Origin: the human T2T-CHM13v2.0 reference genome, Homo sapiens | NCBI RefSeq assembly: GCF_009914755.1 | Contig: NC_060933.1 | Strand: one strand, 5' to 3' | DNA length: 64,000 nucleotides | In this document: positions 12,680 to 28,600 of the stretch, one piece after another | Layout: each line of letters opens with the position of its first letter | Position numbering within the stretch: position 1 is the first letter of the stretch | The notes under the pieces: model-generated | What the model was told of the DNA's origin: nothing | Databases searched by the model: none | What the model saw: only the letters and a program-made list of their open reading frames with translations | Made by a program: the position numbers and the translations under genes

Positions 12680-15656
12680 TTCCATTCCATTCCATTCCAT
12701 TCCATTCCATTCCATTCCTTTCCATTCCATTACGGATGTTTCCATTCCATTGCATTCCATTCCATTCCATTCCCCTTTACTCGGGTTGATTCCATTCCAT
12801 TCCATTCCAATCCATGCCATTCCACTCGTGTTGATTGCATTCTTTCCATTCCATTCAAGTTGAATCCATTCCACTGCATTCCATTCCATTCCATTCCCCT
12901 GCAGTCGGGTTGATTCCATTCCGGATGATTCCATTCCATTGCATTCCATTCCATTCCATTCCCCTGCACTCGGGTTGATTCCATTCCATTCCCTTCAATT
13001 CCATTCCATTCCATTCCATTCCATTCCATTCCATTGTATTCGGGTTAATTCCATTCCATTCCATTCCATTCCATTCCATTCCATTCCATTCCATTCCAAT
13101 CGAGTTGATTCCATTCCATTCCATTCCATTCCAGTCCTTTCCATTCCATTCCACTCGGGTTGATTCCATTATATTAGTTTCCATTCCATTCCATTCCCTT
13201 CCATTGTATTCGGGTTAATTCCATTCCATTCCATTCCATTCCATTCCATTCCATTCCATTACAATCGAGTTGATTCCATTCCATTCCATTCCATTCCAGT
13301 CCTTTCCATTCCATTCCACTCGGGTTGATTCCATTCTATTAGTTTCCATTCCATTCCATTCCCTTCCATCCCACTCTTCTTGATTCCATTCCTTTCCATT
13401 CCACTCGAATACATTCCCTCCTATTCCACTCGGAACGATTCCATTCCATTCCATTCCATTCCATTCCATTTCGTTCCATTCCATTCTATTCCGTATCATT
13501 CCATTCCATTCCATTCCATTCCATTCCATTCCATTCCATTCCATTCCATTGTACTCGGGTTGATTCCATTCCATTGCATTCCATTCCATTCCATTCCATT
13601 CCATTCCGTTGCATTCCATTCCATTACATTCGAATTGATTCTATTCAACTCCCTTACTCTCCATTACATTACATTCCATTCGGGTTGTTCCATTCCATTC
13701 CATTCCATTCCACTCCATTCCATTGCACTCGGGTTGATTCCATTCCATTCCATTCCATTCCATTCCATTCCATTCCATTCCGGATGATTCCATTCCATTG
13801 CATTCCGTTCCATTACATTCCCCTGCACTCACGTTGATTCCATTCCATTCCATTCCATTCCATTCCATTCAATTCCATTCCATTACAATTCGTTCCATTC
13901 CATTCTATTCCGTACCATTCCATTCCATTCCATACCATTCCATTCCATTCCATTCCATTCCATTCCGTTCCGTTCCGTTCCATTCCATTCCATTCCATTC
14001 TATTCGGGTTAATTCCATTCCATTCCATTCGATTGCAATCGAGTTGATTCCATTCCATTCCATTCCATTCCATTCCATTCCATTCCATTCCTTTCCATTC
14101 CATTACGGATGATTCCATTCCATTGCATTCCATTCCATTCCATTCCCCTGTACTCTCGTTGATTCCATTCCATTCCATTCCAATCCATGCCATTTCACTC
14201 GTGTTGAGTCCATTCTTTCCATTCCATTCAAGTTGAATCCATTCCATTGCATTCCATTCCATTCCATTCCCCTGCAGTCGGGTTGATTCCATTCCATTCC
14301 ATTCCATTCCATTCCATTCCATTCCATTCCAATCAAGTTGATTCCATTCCATTCCATTCCATTGCATTCCATTCCATTCCACTCCATTCCAGTCCTTTCC
14401 ATTCCATTCCACTCGGGTTGATTCCAATGTATTCCTTTCCATTCCATTCCATTCCATTGCAATCGAGTTGATTCCATTGCTTTGCATTCCATTCCATTCC
14501 ATTCCATTCCGGATGATTCCATTCCATTGCATTCCATTCCATTCCATTCCCCTGCACTCGGGTTGATTCCATTCCATTCCACTCCATTCCATTCCATTCC
14601 ATTCCATTCCATTGTATTCGGGTTAATTATTCCATTCCATTCCATTCCATTCCATTCCATTCCATTCCATTACAATCGACTTGATTCCATTCCATTCCAT
14701 TCCATTCCAGTCCTTTCCATTCCATTCCACTCGGGTTGATTCCATTCTATTAGTTTCCATTCCATTCCATTCCCTTCCATTCCACTCTGGTTGATTCCAT
14801 TTCTTTCCATTCCACTCGAATACATTCCCTCCTATTCCACTCGGAACGATTCCATTCCATTCCATTCCATTCCATTCCATTCCATTCCATTTCGTTCCGT
14901 TCCATTCTATTCCGTATCATTCCATTCCATTCCATTCCATTCCATTCCATTCCATTCCATTGTACTCGGGTTGATTCCATTCCATTGCATTCCATTCCAT
15001 TCCATTCCATTCCATTCCGTTGCATTCCATTCCATTACGTTCGGATTGATTCTATTCAACTCCCTTACTCTCCATTACATTCCATTCCATTCGGGTTGTT
15101 CCATTCCATTCCATTCCATTCCACTCCATTCCATTGCACTCGGGTTGATTCCATTCCATTCCATTGCATTCCATTCCATTACGGATGATTCCATTCCATT
15201 GCATTCCGTTCCATTACATTCCCCTGCCCTCACGTTGATTCCATTCCATTCCATTCCATTCCATTCCATTCAATTCCATTCCATTACAATTCGTTCCATT
15301 CCATTCTATTCCGTACCATTCCATTCCATTCCATACCATTCCATTCCATTCCATTCCATTCCGTTCCATTCCATTCCTTTCCGTTCCATTCCGTTCCATT
15401 CCATTCCATTCCATTCTATTCGGATTAATTCCATTCCATTCCATTCCATTCCATTCTATTCCATTCCATTGCAATCGAGTTGAATCCATTGCATTTCATT
15501 CCATTCCATTCCATTCCATTCCATTCCGGAAGTTTCCATTCCATTGCATTCCATTCCATTCCATTCCATTCAATTCCATTCCGTTCCATTCCATTCCATT
15601 ACATTCGGATTGATTCTATTCAACTCCCTTAGTCTCCATTACATTCCATTCTATTC

Positions 15657-18600
15657 GGGTTGTTCCATTCCATTCCATTCCATTCCACTCGATTCCATTG
15701 CACTCGGGTTTATTCCATACCATTCCATTCCATTCCATTCAATTCCATTCCATTCCGGAAGATTCCATTCCATTGCATTCCATTCCACTCCATTCCCCTG
15801 CACTCGCGTTGATTCCATTCCATTCCATTCCATTCCATTCCATTCCGTTCCGTTCCATTCCATTCCATTCCATTCCATTCCGTTCCGTTCCATTCCATTC
15901 CATTCCATTCTATTCGGGTTAATTCGATTCCATTCCATTCGATTGCAATCGAGTTGATTCCATTCCATTCCATTCCATTCCATTCCTTTCCATTCCTTTC
16001 CATTCCATTCCATTCCTTTCCATTCCATTACGGATGATTCCATTCCATTGCATTCCATTCCATTCCATTCCCCTTTACTCGGGTTGATTCCATTCCATTC
16101 CATTCCAATCCATGCCATTCCACTCGTGTTGATTCCATTCTTTCCATTCCATTCAAGTTGAATCCATTCCATTGCATTGCATTCCATTCCATTCCCCTGC
16201 AGTCAGGTTGATTCCATTCCATTCCATTCCATTCCATTCCATTCCATTCCAATCAAGTTGATCCCTTTCCATTCCATTCCATTCCATTCCAATCAAGTTG
16301 ATTCCATTCCATTCCATTCAATTGCATTCCATTCCATTCCACTCCATTCCAGTCCTTTCCATTCCATTCCACTCGGGTTGATTCCAATGTATTCCTTTCC
16401 ATTCCATTCCATTCCATTGCAATCGAGTTGATTCCATTGCTTTGCATTCCATTCCATTCGATTCCATTCCGGATGATTCCATTCCATTGCATTCCATTCC
16501 ATTCCATTCCCCTGCACTAGGGTTGATTCCATTCCATTCCACTCCATTCCATTCCATTCCATTCCATTCCATTGTATTCGGGTTAATTCCATTCCATTCC
16601 ATTCCATTCCATTCCATTCCATTCCATTACAATCGAGTTGATTCCATTCCATTCCATTCCATTCCAGTCCTTTCCATTCCATTCCACTCGGGTTGATTCC
16701 ATTCTATTTGTTTCCATTCCATTCCATTCCCTTCCATTGTATTCGGGTTAATTCCATTCCATTCCATTCCATTCCATTCCATTCCATTCCATTCCATTAC
16801 AAACGAGTTGATTCCATTCCATTCCATTCGATTCCAGTCCTTTCCATTCCATTCCACTCGGGTTGATTCCATTCTATTAGTTTCCATTCCATTCCATTCC
16901 CTTCCATTCCACTCTGGTTGATTCCATTCCTTTCCATTCCACTCGAATACATTCCCTCCTATTCCAGTCGGAACGATTCCATTCCATTCCATTCCATTCC
17001 TTTCCATTCAATTCCATTTCGTTCCATTCCATTCTATTCCGTATCATTCCATTCCATTCCATTCCATTCCATTCCATTCCATTCCATTGTACTCGGGTTG
17101 ATTCCATTCCATTGCATTCCATTCCATTCCATTCCATTCCATTCCGTTGCATTCCATTCCATTACATTCGGATTGATTCTATTCAACTCCCTTACTCTCC
17201 ATTACATTCCATTCCATTCGGGTTGTTCCATTCCATTCCATTCCATTCCACTCCATTCCATTGCACTCGGGTTGATTCCATTCCATTCCATTCCATTCCA
17301 TTCCGGATGATTCCATTCCATTGCATTCCGTTCCATTATATTCCCCTGCACTCGCGTTGATTCAATTCCATTCCATTCCATTCCATTCAATTCCATTCCA
17401 TTACAATTCGTTCCATTCCATTCTATTCCGTACCATTCCATTCCATTCCATACCATTCCATTCCATTCCATCCCATTCCATTCCGTTCCATTCCGTTCCA
17501 TTCCATTCCATTCCATTCCATTCGGATTAATTGCATTCCATTCCATTTCATTCCATTCTATTCCATTCCATTGCAATCGAGTTGAATCCATTGCATTTCA
17601 TTCCATTCCATTCCATTCCATTCCATTACGGAAGTTTCCATTCCATTGCATTCCATTCCATTCCATTCCCCTGCACTCGCGTTGATTCCATTCCATTCGA
17701 TTCCATTCCATTCCGTTCCGTTCCATTCCATTCCATTCCATTCCGTTCCGTTCCATTCCATTCCATTCCATTCTATTTGGGTTAAATCCATTCCATTCCA
17801 TTCGATTGCAATCGAGTTGATTCCATTCCATTCCATTCCATTCCATTCCAATCCTTTCCATTCCATTACGGATGATTCCATTCCATTGCATTCCATTCCA
17901 TTCCATTCCCCTGTACTCGGGTTGATTCCATTCCATTCCATTCCAATCCATGCCATTCCACTCGTGTTGATTCCATTCTTTCCATTCCATTCAAGTTGAT
18001 TCCATTCCATTGCATTCCATTCCATTCGATTCCATTCGATTGCACTCGGGTTGATTCCATTCCATTGCATTCCATTCCATTCCATTCCATTCCATTCCAT
18101 TCCGTTCCATTCCATTCCATTACATTCGGATTGATTCTATTCAATTCCCTTACACTCCATTACATTCCATTCCATTCGGGTAGTTTCCATTCCATTCCAT
18201 TCCATTCCTCTCCATTCCATTGCACTCGGGTTGATTCCATTCCATTGCATTCCATTCCATTCCATTCAATTCCATTCCGTTCCATTCCATTCCATTACAT
18301 TCGGATTGATTCTATTCAACTCCCTTACTCTCCATTACATTCCATTCCATTCGGGTTGTTCCATTCCATTCCATTCCATTCCACTCCATTCCATTGCACT
18401 CGGGTTGATTCCATTCCATTCCATTCCATTCCATTCCATTCCATTCCGGAAGATTCCATTCCATTGCATTCCATTCCATTCCATTCCCCTGCACTCGCGT
18501 TGATTCCATTGCATTCCATTCTATTCCATTCCATTCCCTTCTTTTCCGTTCCATTCCATTCCATTCCATTCCATTCCGTTCCGTTCCATTCCATTCCATT

Positions 18601-21600
18601 CCATTCTATTCGGGTTAATTCCATTCCATTCCATTCGATTGCAATCGAGTTGATTCCATTCCATTCCATTCCATTCCATTCCATTCCATTCCATTCCATT
18701 ACGGATGATTCCATTCCATTGCATTCCATTCCATTCCATTCCCCTGTACTCGGGTTGATTCCATTCCATTCCATTCCAATCCATGTCATTCCACTCGTGT
18801 TGATTCCATTCTTTCCATTCCATTCAAGTTGAATCCATTCCATTGCATTCCATTCCATTCGATTCCATTCGATTGCACTCGGGTTGATTCCATTCCATTG
18901 CATTCCATTCCATTCCATTCCATTCCATTCCTTTCCGTTCCATTCCATTCCATTACATTCGGATTGATTCTATTCAATTCCCTTACACTCCATTACATTA
19001 CATTCCATTCGGGTAGTTTCCATTCCATTCCATTCCATTCCTCTCCATTTCATTGAACTCGGGTTGATTCCATTCCATTGCATTCCATTACATTCCATTC
19101 CATTCAATTCCGTTCCATTCCATTCCATTACATTCGGATAGATTCTATTCAACTCCCTTACTCTCCATTACATTCCATTCCATTCGGGTTGTTCCATTCC
19201 ATTCCATTCCATTCCACTCCATTCCATTGCACTCGGGTTTATTCCATACCATTCCATTCCATTCCATTCAATTCCATTCCATTCCGGAAGATTCCATTCC
19301 ATTGCATTCCATTCCATTCCATTCCCCTGCACTCGCGTTGATTCCATTCCATTCCATTCCATTCCATTCCATTCCGTTCCGTTCCATTCCATTCCATTCC
19401 ATTCCATTCCATTCCGTTCCGTTCCATTCCATTCCATTCATTCTATTCGGGTTAATTCCATTCCATTCCATTCGATTGCAATCGAGTTGATTCCATTCCA
19501 TTCCATTCCATTCCATTCCATTCCATTCCTTTCCATTCCATTCCATTCCTTTCCATTCCATTACGGATGATTCCATTCCATTGCATTCCATTCCATTCCA
19601 TTCCCCTGTACTCGGGTTGATTCCATTCCATTCCATTCCAATCCATGCCATTCCACTCGTGTTGATTCCACTCTTTCCATTCCATTCAAGTTGAATCCAT
19701 TCCATTGCATTCCATTCCATTCCATTCCCCTGCAGTCGGGTTGATTCCATTCCATTCCATTCCATTCCATTCCATTCCATTCCATTCCAATCAAGTTGAT
19801 TCCATTCCATTCCATTCCATTGCATTCCATTCCATTCCACTCCATTCCAGTCCTTTCCATTCCATTCCACTCGGGTTGATTCCAATGTATTCCTTTCCAT
19901 TCCATTCCATTCCATTGCAATCGAGTTGATTCCATTGCTTTGCATTCCATTCCATTCGATTCCATTCCGGATGATTCCATTCCATTGCATTCCATTCCAT
20001 TCCATTCCCCTGCACTCGGGTTGATTCCATTCCATTCCACTCCATTCCATTCCATTCCATTCCATTCCATTGTATTCGGGTTAATTCCATTCCATTCCAT
20101 TCCATTCCATTCCATTCCATTCCATTACAATCGAGTTGATTCCATTCCATTCCATTCCATTCCAGTCCTTTCCATTCCATTCCACTCGGGTTGATTCCAT
20201 TCTATTAGTTTCCATTCCATTCCATTCCCTTGCATTGTATTCGGGTTAATTCCATTCCATTCCATTCCATTCCATTCCATTCCATTCCATTCCATTACAA
20301 ACGTGTTGATTCCATTCCATTCCATTCCATTCCAGTCCTTTCCATTCCATTCCACTCGGGTTGATTCCATTCTATTAGTTTCCATTCCATTCCATTCCCT
20401 TCCATTCCACTCTGGTTGATTCCATTCCTTTCCATTCCACTCGAATACATTCCCTCCTATTCCACTCGGAACGATTCCATTCCATTCCATTCCATTCCTT
20501 TCCATTCAATTCCATTTCGTTCCATTCCATTCTATTCCGTATCATTCCATTCCATTCCATTCCATTCCATTCCATTCCATTCCATTCCATTCCATTCCAT
20601 TGTACTCGGGTTGATTCCATTCCATTGCATTCCATTCCATTCCATTCCATTCCATTCCGTTGCATTCCATTCCATTACATTCGGATTGATTCTATTCAAC
20701 TCCCTTACTCTCCATTACATTCCATTCCATTCGGGTTGTTCCATTCCATTCCATTCCATTCCACTCCATTCCATTGCACTCGGGTTGATTCCATTCCATT
20801 CCATTCCATTCCATTCCATTCCATTCCATTCCGGATGATTCCATTCCATTGCATTCCGTTCCATTACATTCCCCTGCACTCGCGTTGATTCCATTCCATT
20901 CCATTCCATTCCATTCAATTCCATTCCATTACAATTCGTTCCATTCCATTCTATTCCGTACCATTCCATTCTATTCCATACCATTCCATTCCATTCCATT
21001 CCATTCCATTCCATTCTGTTCCATTCCGTTCCATTCCATTCCATTCCATTCTATTCGGATTAATTGCATTCCATTCCATTTCATTCCATTCTATTCCATT
21101 CCATTGCAATCGAGTTGAATCCATTGCATTTCATTCCATTCCATTCCATTCCATTCCATTCCGGAAGTTTCCATTACATTGCATTCCATTCCATTCCATT
21201 CCCCTGCACTCACGTTGATTCCATTCCATTCCATCCATTCCATTCCGTTACGTTCCATTCCATTCCATTCCATTCCGTTCCGTTCCATTCCATTCCATTC
21301 CATTCTATTCGGGTTAATTCCATTCCATTCCATTCGATTGCAATAGAGTTGATTCCATTCCATTCCATTCCATTCCATTCCTTTCTATTCCATTACGGAT
21401 GATTCCATTCCATTGCATTCCATTCCATTCCATTCCCCTGTACTCGGGTTGATTCCATTCCATTCCAATCCAATCCATGCCATTCCCCTCGTGTTGATTC
21501 CATTCTTTCCATTCCATTCAAGTTGATTCCATTCCATTGCATTCCATTCCATTCGATTCCATTCGATTGCACTCGGATTGATTCCATTCCATTGCATTCC

Positions 21601-24600
21601 ATTCCATTCCATTCCCGTGCACTCGCGTTGATTCCATTGCATTCCATTCTATTCCATTCCATTCCCTTCCTTTCCGTTCCATTCCATTCCATTCCATTCC
21701 ATTCCGTTCCGTTCCATTCCATTCCATTCCATTCTATTCGGGTTAATTCCATTCCATTCCATTCGATTGCAATCGAGTTGATTCCATTCCATTCCATTCC
21801 ATTCCATTCCATTCCATTCCATTCCATTCCATTACGGATGATTCCATTCCATTGCATTCCATTCCATTCCATTCCCCTGTACTCGGGTTGATTCCATTCC
21901 ATTCCATTCCAATCCAAGTCATTCCACTCGTGTTGATTCCATTCTTTCCATTCCATTCAAGTTGAATCCATTCCATTGCATTCCATTCCATTCGATTCCA
22001 TTCGATTGCACTCGGGTTGATTCCATTCCATTGCATTCCATTCCATTCCATTCCATTCCATTCCATTCCATTCCGTTCCATTCCATTCCATTACATTCGG
22101 ATTGATTCTATTCAATTCCCTTACACTCCATTACATTCCATTCCATTCGGGTAGTTTCCATTCCATTCCATTCCATTCCTCTCCATTTCATTGAACTCGG
22201 GTTGATTCCATTCCATTGCATTCCATTACATTCCATTCCATTCAATTCCGTTCCATTCCATTCCATTACATTCGGATAGATTCTATTCAACTCCCTTACT
22301 CTCCATTACATTCCATTCCATTCGGGTTGTTCCATTCCATTCCATTCCATTCCACTCCATTCCATTGCACTCGGGTTTATTCCATACCATTCCATTCCAT
22401 TCCATTCAATTCCATTCCATTCCGGAAGATTCCATTCCATTGCATTCCATTCCATTCCATTCCCCTGCACTCGCGTTGATTCCATTCCATTCCATTCCAT
22501 TCCATTCCATTCCGTTCCGTTCCATTCCATTCCATTCCATTCCATTCCATTCCATTCCGTTCCGTGCCATTCCATTCCATTCCATTCTATTCGGGTTAAT
22601 TCCATTCCATTCCATTCGATTGCAATCGAGTTGATTCCATTCCATTCCATTCCATTCCATTCCATTCCATTCCTTTCCATTCCATTCCATTCCTTTCCAT
22701 TCCATTACGGATGATTCCATTCCATTGCATTCCATTCCATTCCATTCCCCTGTACTCGGGTTGATTCCATTCCATTCCATTCCAATCCATGCCATTCCAC
22801 TCGTGTTGATTCCACTCTTTCCATTCCATTCAAGTTGAATCCATTCCATTGCATTCCATTCCATTCCATTCCCCTGCAGTCGGGTTGATTCCATTCCATT
22901 CCATTCCATTCCATTCCATTCCATTCCATTCCAATCAAGTTGATTCCATTCCATTCCATTCCATTGCATTCCATTCCATTCCACTCCATTCCAGTCCTTT
23001 CCATTCCATTCCACTCGGGTTGATTCCAATGTATTCCTTTCCATTCCATTCCATTCCATTGCAATCGAGTTGATTCCATTGCTTTGCATTCCATTCCATT
23101 CGATTCCATTCCGGATGATTCCATTCCATTGCATTCCATTCCATTCCATTCCCCTGCACTCGGGTTGATTCCATTCCATTCCACTCAATTCCATTCCATT
23201 CCATTCCATTCCATTGTATTCGGGTTAATTCCATTCCATTCCATTCCATTCCATTCCATTCCATTACAATCGAGTTTATTCCATTCCATTCCATTCCATT
23301 CCAGTCCTTTCCATTCCATTCCACTCGGGTTGATTCCATTCTATTAGTTTCCATTCCATTCCATTCCCTTGCATTGTATTCGGGTTAATTCCATTCCATT
23401 CCATTCCATTCCATTCCATTCCATTCCATTCCATTACAAACGTGTTGATTCCATTCCATTCCATTCCATTCCAGTCCTTTCCATTCCATTCCACTCGGGT
23501 TGATTCCATTCTATTTGTTTCCATTCCATTCCATTCCCTTCCATTCCACTCTGGTTGATTCCATTCCTTTCCATTCCACTCGAATACATTCCCTCCTATT
23601 CCACTCGGAACGATTCCATTCCATTCCATTCCATTCCTTTCCATTCAATTCCATTTCGTTCCATTCCATTCTATTCCGTATCATTCCATTCCATTCCATT
23701 CCATTCCATTCCATTCCATTCCATTGTACTCGGGTTGATTCCATTCCATTGCATTCCATTCCATTCCATTCCATTCCATTCCGTTGCATTCCATTCCATT
23801 ACATTCGGATTGATTCTATTCAACTCCCTTACTCTCCATTACATTCCATTCCATTCGGGTTGTTCCATTCCATTCCATTCCATTCCACTCCATTCCATTG
23901 CACTCGGGTTGATTCCATTCCATTCCATTCCATTCCATTCCATTCCATTCCATTCCGGATGATTCCATTCCATTGCATTCCGTTCCATTACATTCCCCTG
24001 CACTCGCGTTGATTCCATTCCATTCCATTCCATTCCATTCAATTCCATTCCATTACAATTCGTTCCATTCCATTCTATTCCGTACCATTCCATTCTATTC
24101 CATACCATTCCATTCCATTCCATTCCATTCCATTCCATTCTGTTCCATTCCGTTCCATTCCATTCCATTCCATTCTATTCGGATTAATTGCATTCCATTC
24201 CATTTCATTCCATTCTATTCCATTCCATTGCAATCGAGTTGAATCCATTGCATTTCATTCCATTCCATTCCATTCCATTCCATTCCGGAAGTTTCCATTC
24301 CATTGCATTCCATTCCATTCCATTCCCCTGCACTCGCGTTGATTCCATTCCATTCCATCCATTCCATTCCGTTACGTTCCATTCCATTCCATTCCATTCC
24401 GTTCCGTTCCATTCCATTCCATTCCATTCTATTCGGGTTAATTCCATTCCATTCCATTCGATTGCAATAGAGTTGATTCCATTCCATTCCATTCCATTCC
24501 ATTCCATTCCATTCAATACCATTCCATTCCTTTCTATTCCATTACGGATGATTCCATTCCATTGCATTCCATTCCATTCCATTCCCCTGTACTCGGGTTG

Positions 24601-25600
24601 ATTCCATTCCATTCCAATCCAATCCATGCCATTCCACTCGTGTTGATTCCATTCTTTCCATTCCATTCAAGTTGATTCCATTCCATTGCATTCCATTCCA
24701 TTCGATTCCATTCGATTGCACTCGGATTGATTCCATTCCATTGCATTCCATTCCATTCCATTCCATTCCATTCCGTTCCATTCCATTCCATTACATTCGG
24801 ATTGATTCTATTCAATTCCCTTACACTCCATTACATTCCATTCCATTCGGGTAGTTTCCATTCCATTCCATTCCATTCCTCTCCATTCCATTGCACTCGG
24901 GTTGATTCCATTCCATTGCATTCCATTCCATTCCATTCAATTCCATTCCGTTCCATTCCATTCCATTACATTCGGATTGATTCTATTCAACTCCCTTACT
25001 CTCCATTACATTCCATTCCATTCGGGTTGTTCCATTCCATTCCATTCCATTCCACTCCATTCCATTGCACTCGGGTTGATTCCATTCCATTCCATTCCAT
25101 TCCATTCCATTCCATTCCGGAAGATTCCATTCCATTGCATTCCATTCCATTCCATTCCCCTGCACTCGTGTTGATTCCATTCCATTCCATTGTATTCCAT
25201 TCCATTCCCTTCCTTTGCGTTCCATTCCATTCCATTCCATTCCATTCCATTCCGTTCCGTTCCATTCCATTCCATTCCATTCTATTCGGGTTAATTCCAT
25301 TCCATTCCATTCGATTGCAATCGAGTTGATTCCATTCCATTCCATTCCATTCCATTACATTCCATTCCTTTCCATTCCATTACGGATGATTCCATTCCAT
25401 TGCATTCCATTCCATTACATTCCCCTGTACTCGGGTTGATTCCATTCCATTCCATTCCAATCCATGTCATTCCACTCGTGTTGATTCCATTCTTTCCATT
25501 CCATTCAAGTTGAATCCATTCCATTGCATTCCATTCCATTCGATTCCATTCGATTGCACTCGGGTTGATTCCATTCCATTGCATTCCATTCCATTCCATT
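15657..25600 (+). repeat. Local higher-order repeat, about three copies of a 3.1-3.5 kb unit (starts about 15657, 19186, 22324)
   Basis: Shared markers: GGGTTTATTCCATACC (about 15706, 19235, 22373); CTCCATTTCATTGAACTC (about 19043, 22181); CGGATAGATT (19135, 22273); CAATCCA(T/A)GTCATT (about 18778, 21910, 25458). Identical ORFs at 19078/22216, 19705/22849 and 20715/23839. Confidence 0.85.
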
Positions 25601-28600
25601 CCATTCCATTCCATTCCATTCCATTCCGTTCCATTCCATTCCGTTCCATTCCATTCCATTCCATTCCATTCCATTCCATTCCGTTCCGTTCCATTCCATT
25701 CCATTCCATTCTATTCGGGTTAATTCCATTCCTTTCCATTCGATTGCCATCGAGTTGATTCCATTCCATTCCATTCCATTCCATTCCATTCCATTCCTTT
25801 CCATTCCATTACGGATGACTCCATTCCATTGCATTCCATTCCATTCCATTCCCCTGTACTCGGGTTGATTCCATTCCATTCCATTCCACTCCATTCGGTT
25901 CCGTTGCATTCCATTCTCTTGCATTCCATTCTATTCGGGTTAATTCCATTCCATTCTATTCCATTCCATTCCATTCCATTCCATTGCAATGGAGTTGATT
26001 CCATTCCATTCCATTCCAATCCATTCCATTCCCCTGCACTCGTGTTGATTCCATTCCCTTCCATTCCATTCCATTCCGTTCCATTCCATTCCATTCCATT
26101 CCATTCTATTCCGGTTAATTCCATTCCATTCCATTCCATTCCATTCTAATCGAGTTGATTCCATTCCATTCCTTTCCATTCCATTCCATTGCCTTGCATT
26201 CCACTCGGGTTGATTCCATTCCCTTCTTTCCACTCCATTACATTCCCTTCCATTCCACTCGGAATGATTGATTCCATTCCATTTCATTCCATTGCAATCC
26301 ATTCCAATCCATTCCATTCCATTCCATTCCACTCGAGTTGACTTCATTCCATTCCTTTCCATTCCATTCCATTCCTTTCCACTCGAGTTGATTCCATTCC
26401 ATTCCATTCCATTGCATTCCATTCCATGCCATTCCACTCGGGTTGATTCCATTCCTTTGCATTCCATTCCTTTCCATTCCATTCCATTCCATTCCGTTGC
26501 ATTCCATTCCATTACATTCGGATTGATTCTATTCAACTCCCTTACTGTCCATTACATTCCATTCCATTCGGGTTGTTCCATTCCATTCCATTCCTTTCCA
26601 CTCCATTCCATTGCACTCGGGTTGATTCCATTCCATTCCATTCCATTCCATTCCATTCCGGATGATTCCATTCCATTGCATTCCGTTCCATTACATTCCC
26701 CTGCACTCGCGTTGATTCCATTCCGTTCCATTCCATTCCATTCAATTCCATTCCATTACAATTCGTTCCATTCCATTCTATTCCGTACCATTCTATTCCA
26801 TTCCATACCATTCCATTCCATTCCATTCCATTCCATTCCATTCCGTTCCATTCCGTACCATTCCGTTCCATTCCATTCCATTCTATTCGGGTTAATTCCA
26901 TTCCATTCCATTCCATTCAATTCTATTCCATTCCATTGCAATCGAGTTGAATCCATTGCATTTCATTCCATTCCATTCCATTCCATTCCATTCCATTCCA
27001 TTCCGGAAGATTCCATTCCATTGCATTCCATTCCATTCCATTCCCCTGCACTCGCGTTGATTCCATTCCATTCCATTCCATTCCATTCCATTCCATTCCA
27101 TTCCGTTCCGTTCCGTTCCGTTCCATTCCATTCCTTTCCATTCCATTCCATTCCATTCCATTCCGTTCCGTTCCATTCCATTCCATTCCATTCTATTCGG
27201 GTTAATTCCATTCCATTCCATTCGATTGCAATCGTGTTGATTCCATTCCATTCCATTCCATTCCATTCCATTCCATTCCATTCCATTCCTTTCCATTCCA
27301 TTACGTATGATTCTATTCCATTGCATTCCATTCCATTCCATTCCCCTGTACTCGGGTTGATTCCATTCCATTGCATTCCAATCCATGGCCTTCCACTCGT
27401 GTTGATTCCATTCTTTCCATTCCATTCAAGTTGAATCCATTCCATTGCATTCCATTCCATTCGATTCCATTCGATTGCACTCGGGTTGATTCCATTCCAT
27501 TGCATTCCATTCCATTCCATTCCATTCCATTCCATTCCATTCCATTCCATTCCGTTCCATTCCATTCCATTACATTCGGATTGATTCTATTCAATTCCCT
27601 TACACTCCATTACATTCTATTCCATTCGGGTAGTTTCCATTCCATTCCATTCCATTCCTCTCCATTCCATTGCACTCGGGTTGATTCCATTCCATTGCTT
27701 TCCATTCCATTCCATTCAATTCCATTCCGTTCCATTCCATTCCATTTCATTCGGATTGATTCTATTCAACTCCCTTACTCTATATTACATTCCATTCGAT
27801 TCGGGCTGTTCCATTCCATTCCATTCCATTCCACTCCATTCCATTGCACTCGGGTATATTCCATTCCATTCCATTCCATTCCATTCCATTCCATTCCATT
27901 CCATTCCGGAAGATTCCATTCCATTGCATTCCATTCCATTCCATTCCCCTGCACTCGCGTTGATTCCATTCCATTCCATTCCATTCCATTCCATTGCATT
28001 CCATTCGATTCCTTTCCGTTCCATTCCATTCCATTTCATTCCATTCCATTCCTTTCCGTTCCATTCCATTCCATTCCATTCTATTCGGGTTAATTCCATT
28101 CCATTCCTTTCGATTGCAATCGAGTTGATTCCATTCCGTTCCATTCCATTCCATTCCATTCCATTCCATTCCATTCCTTTCCATTCCATTACGGATGATT
28201 CCATTCCATTGCATTCCATTCCATTCCATTCCCCTGTACTCGGGTTCATTCCATTCCATTCCATTCCAATCCATGCCATTTCACTCGTGTTGATTCCATT
28301 CTTTCCATTCCATTCAAGTTGAATCCATTCCATTGCATTCCATTCCATTCCATTCCCCTGCAGTCGGGTTGATTCCATTCCATTCCATTCCATTCCATTC
28401 CATTCCATTCCGTTCCGTTCCGTTCCATGCCATTCCATTCCATTCTATTCGGGTTAATTCCATTCCATTCCATTCCATTCCATTCCATTCCATTCCAATC
28501 GAGTTCATTCCATTCCATTCCATTCCATTCCATTCCATTCCATTCCACTCCATTCCAGTCCTTTCCATTCCATTCCACTCGGGTTGATTCCAATGTATTC

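Noticed and set aside
15657-25600. Identification as Y-chromosome DYZ1 because of a ~3.5-kb unit
   Set aside because: The period is only local and variable (3.1-3.5 kb), and the sequence is much closer to pure pentamer than I expect for DYZ1. A k-mer classification would be needed to exclude it formally.
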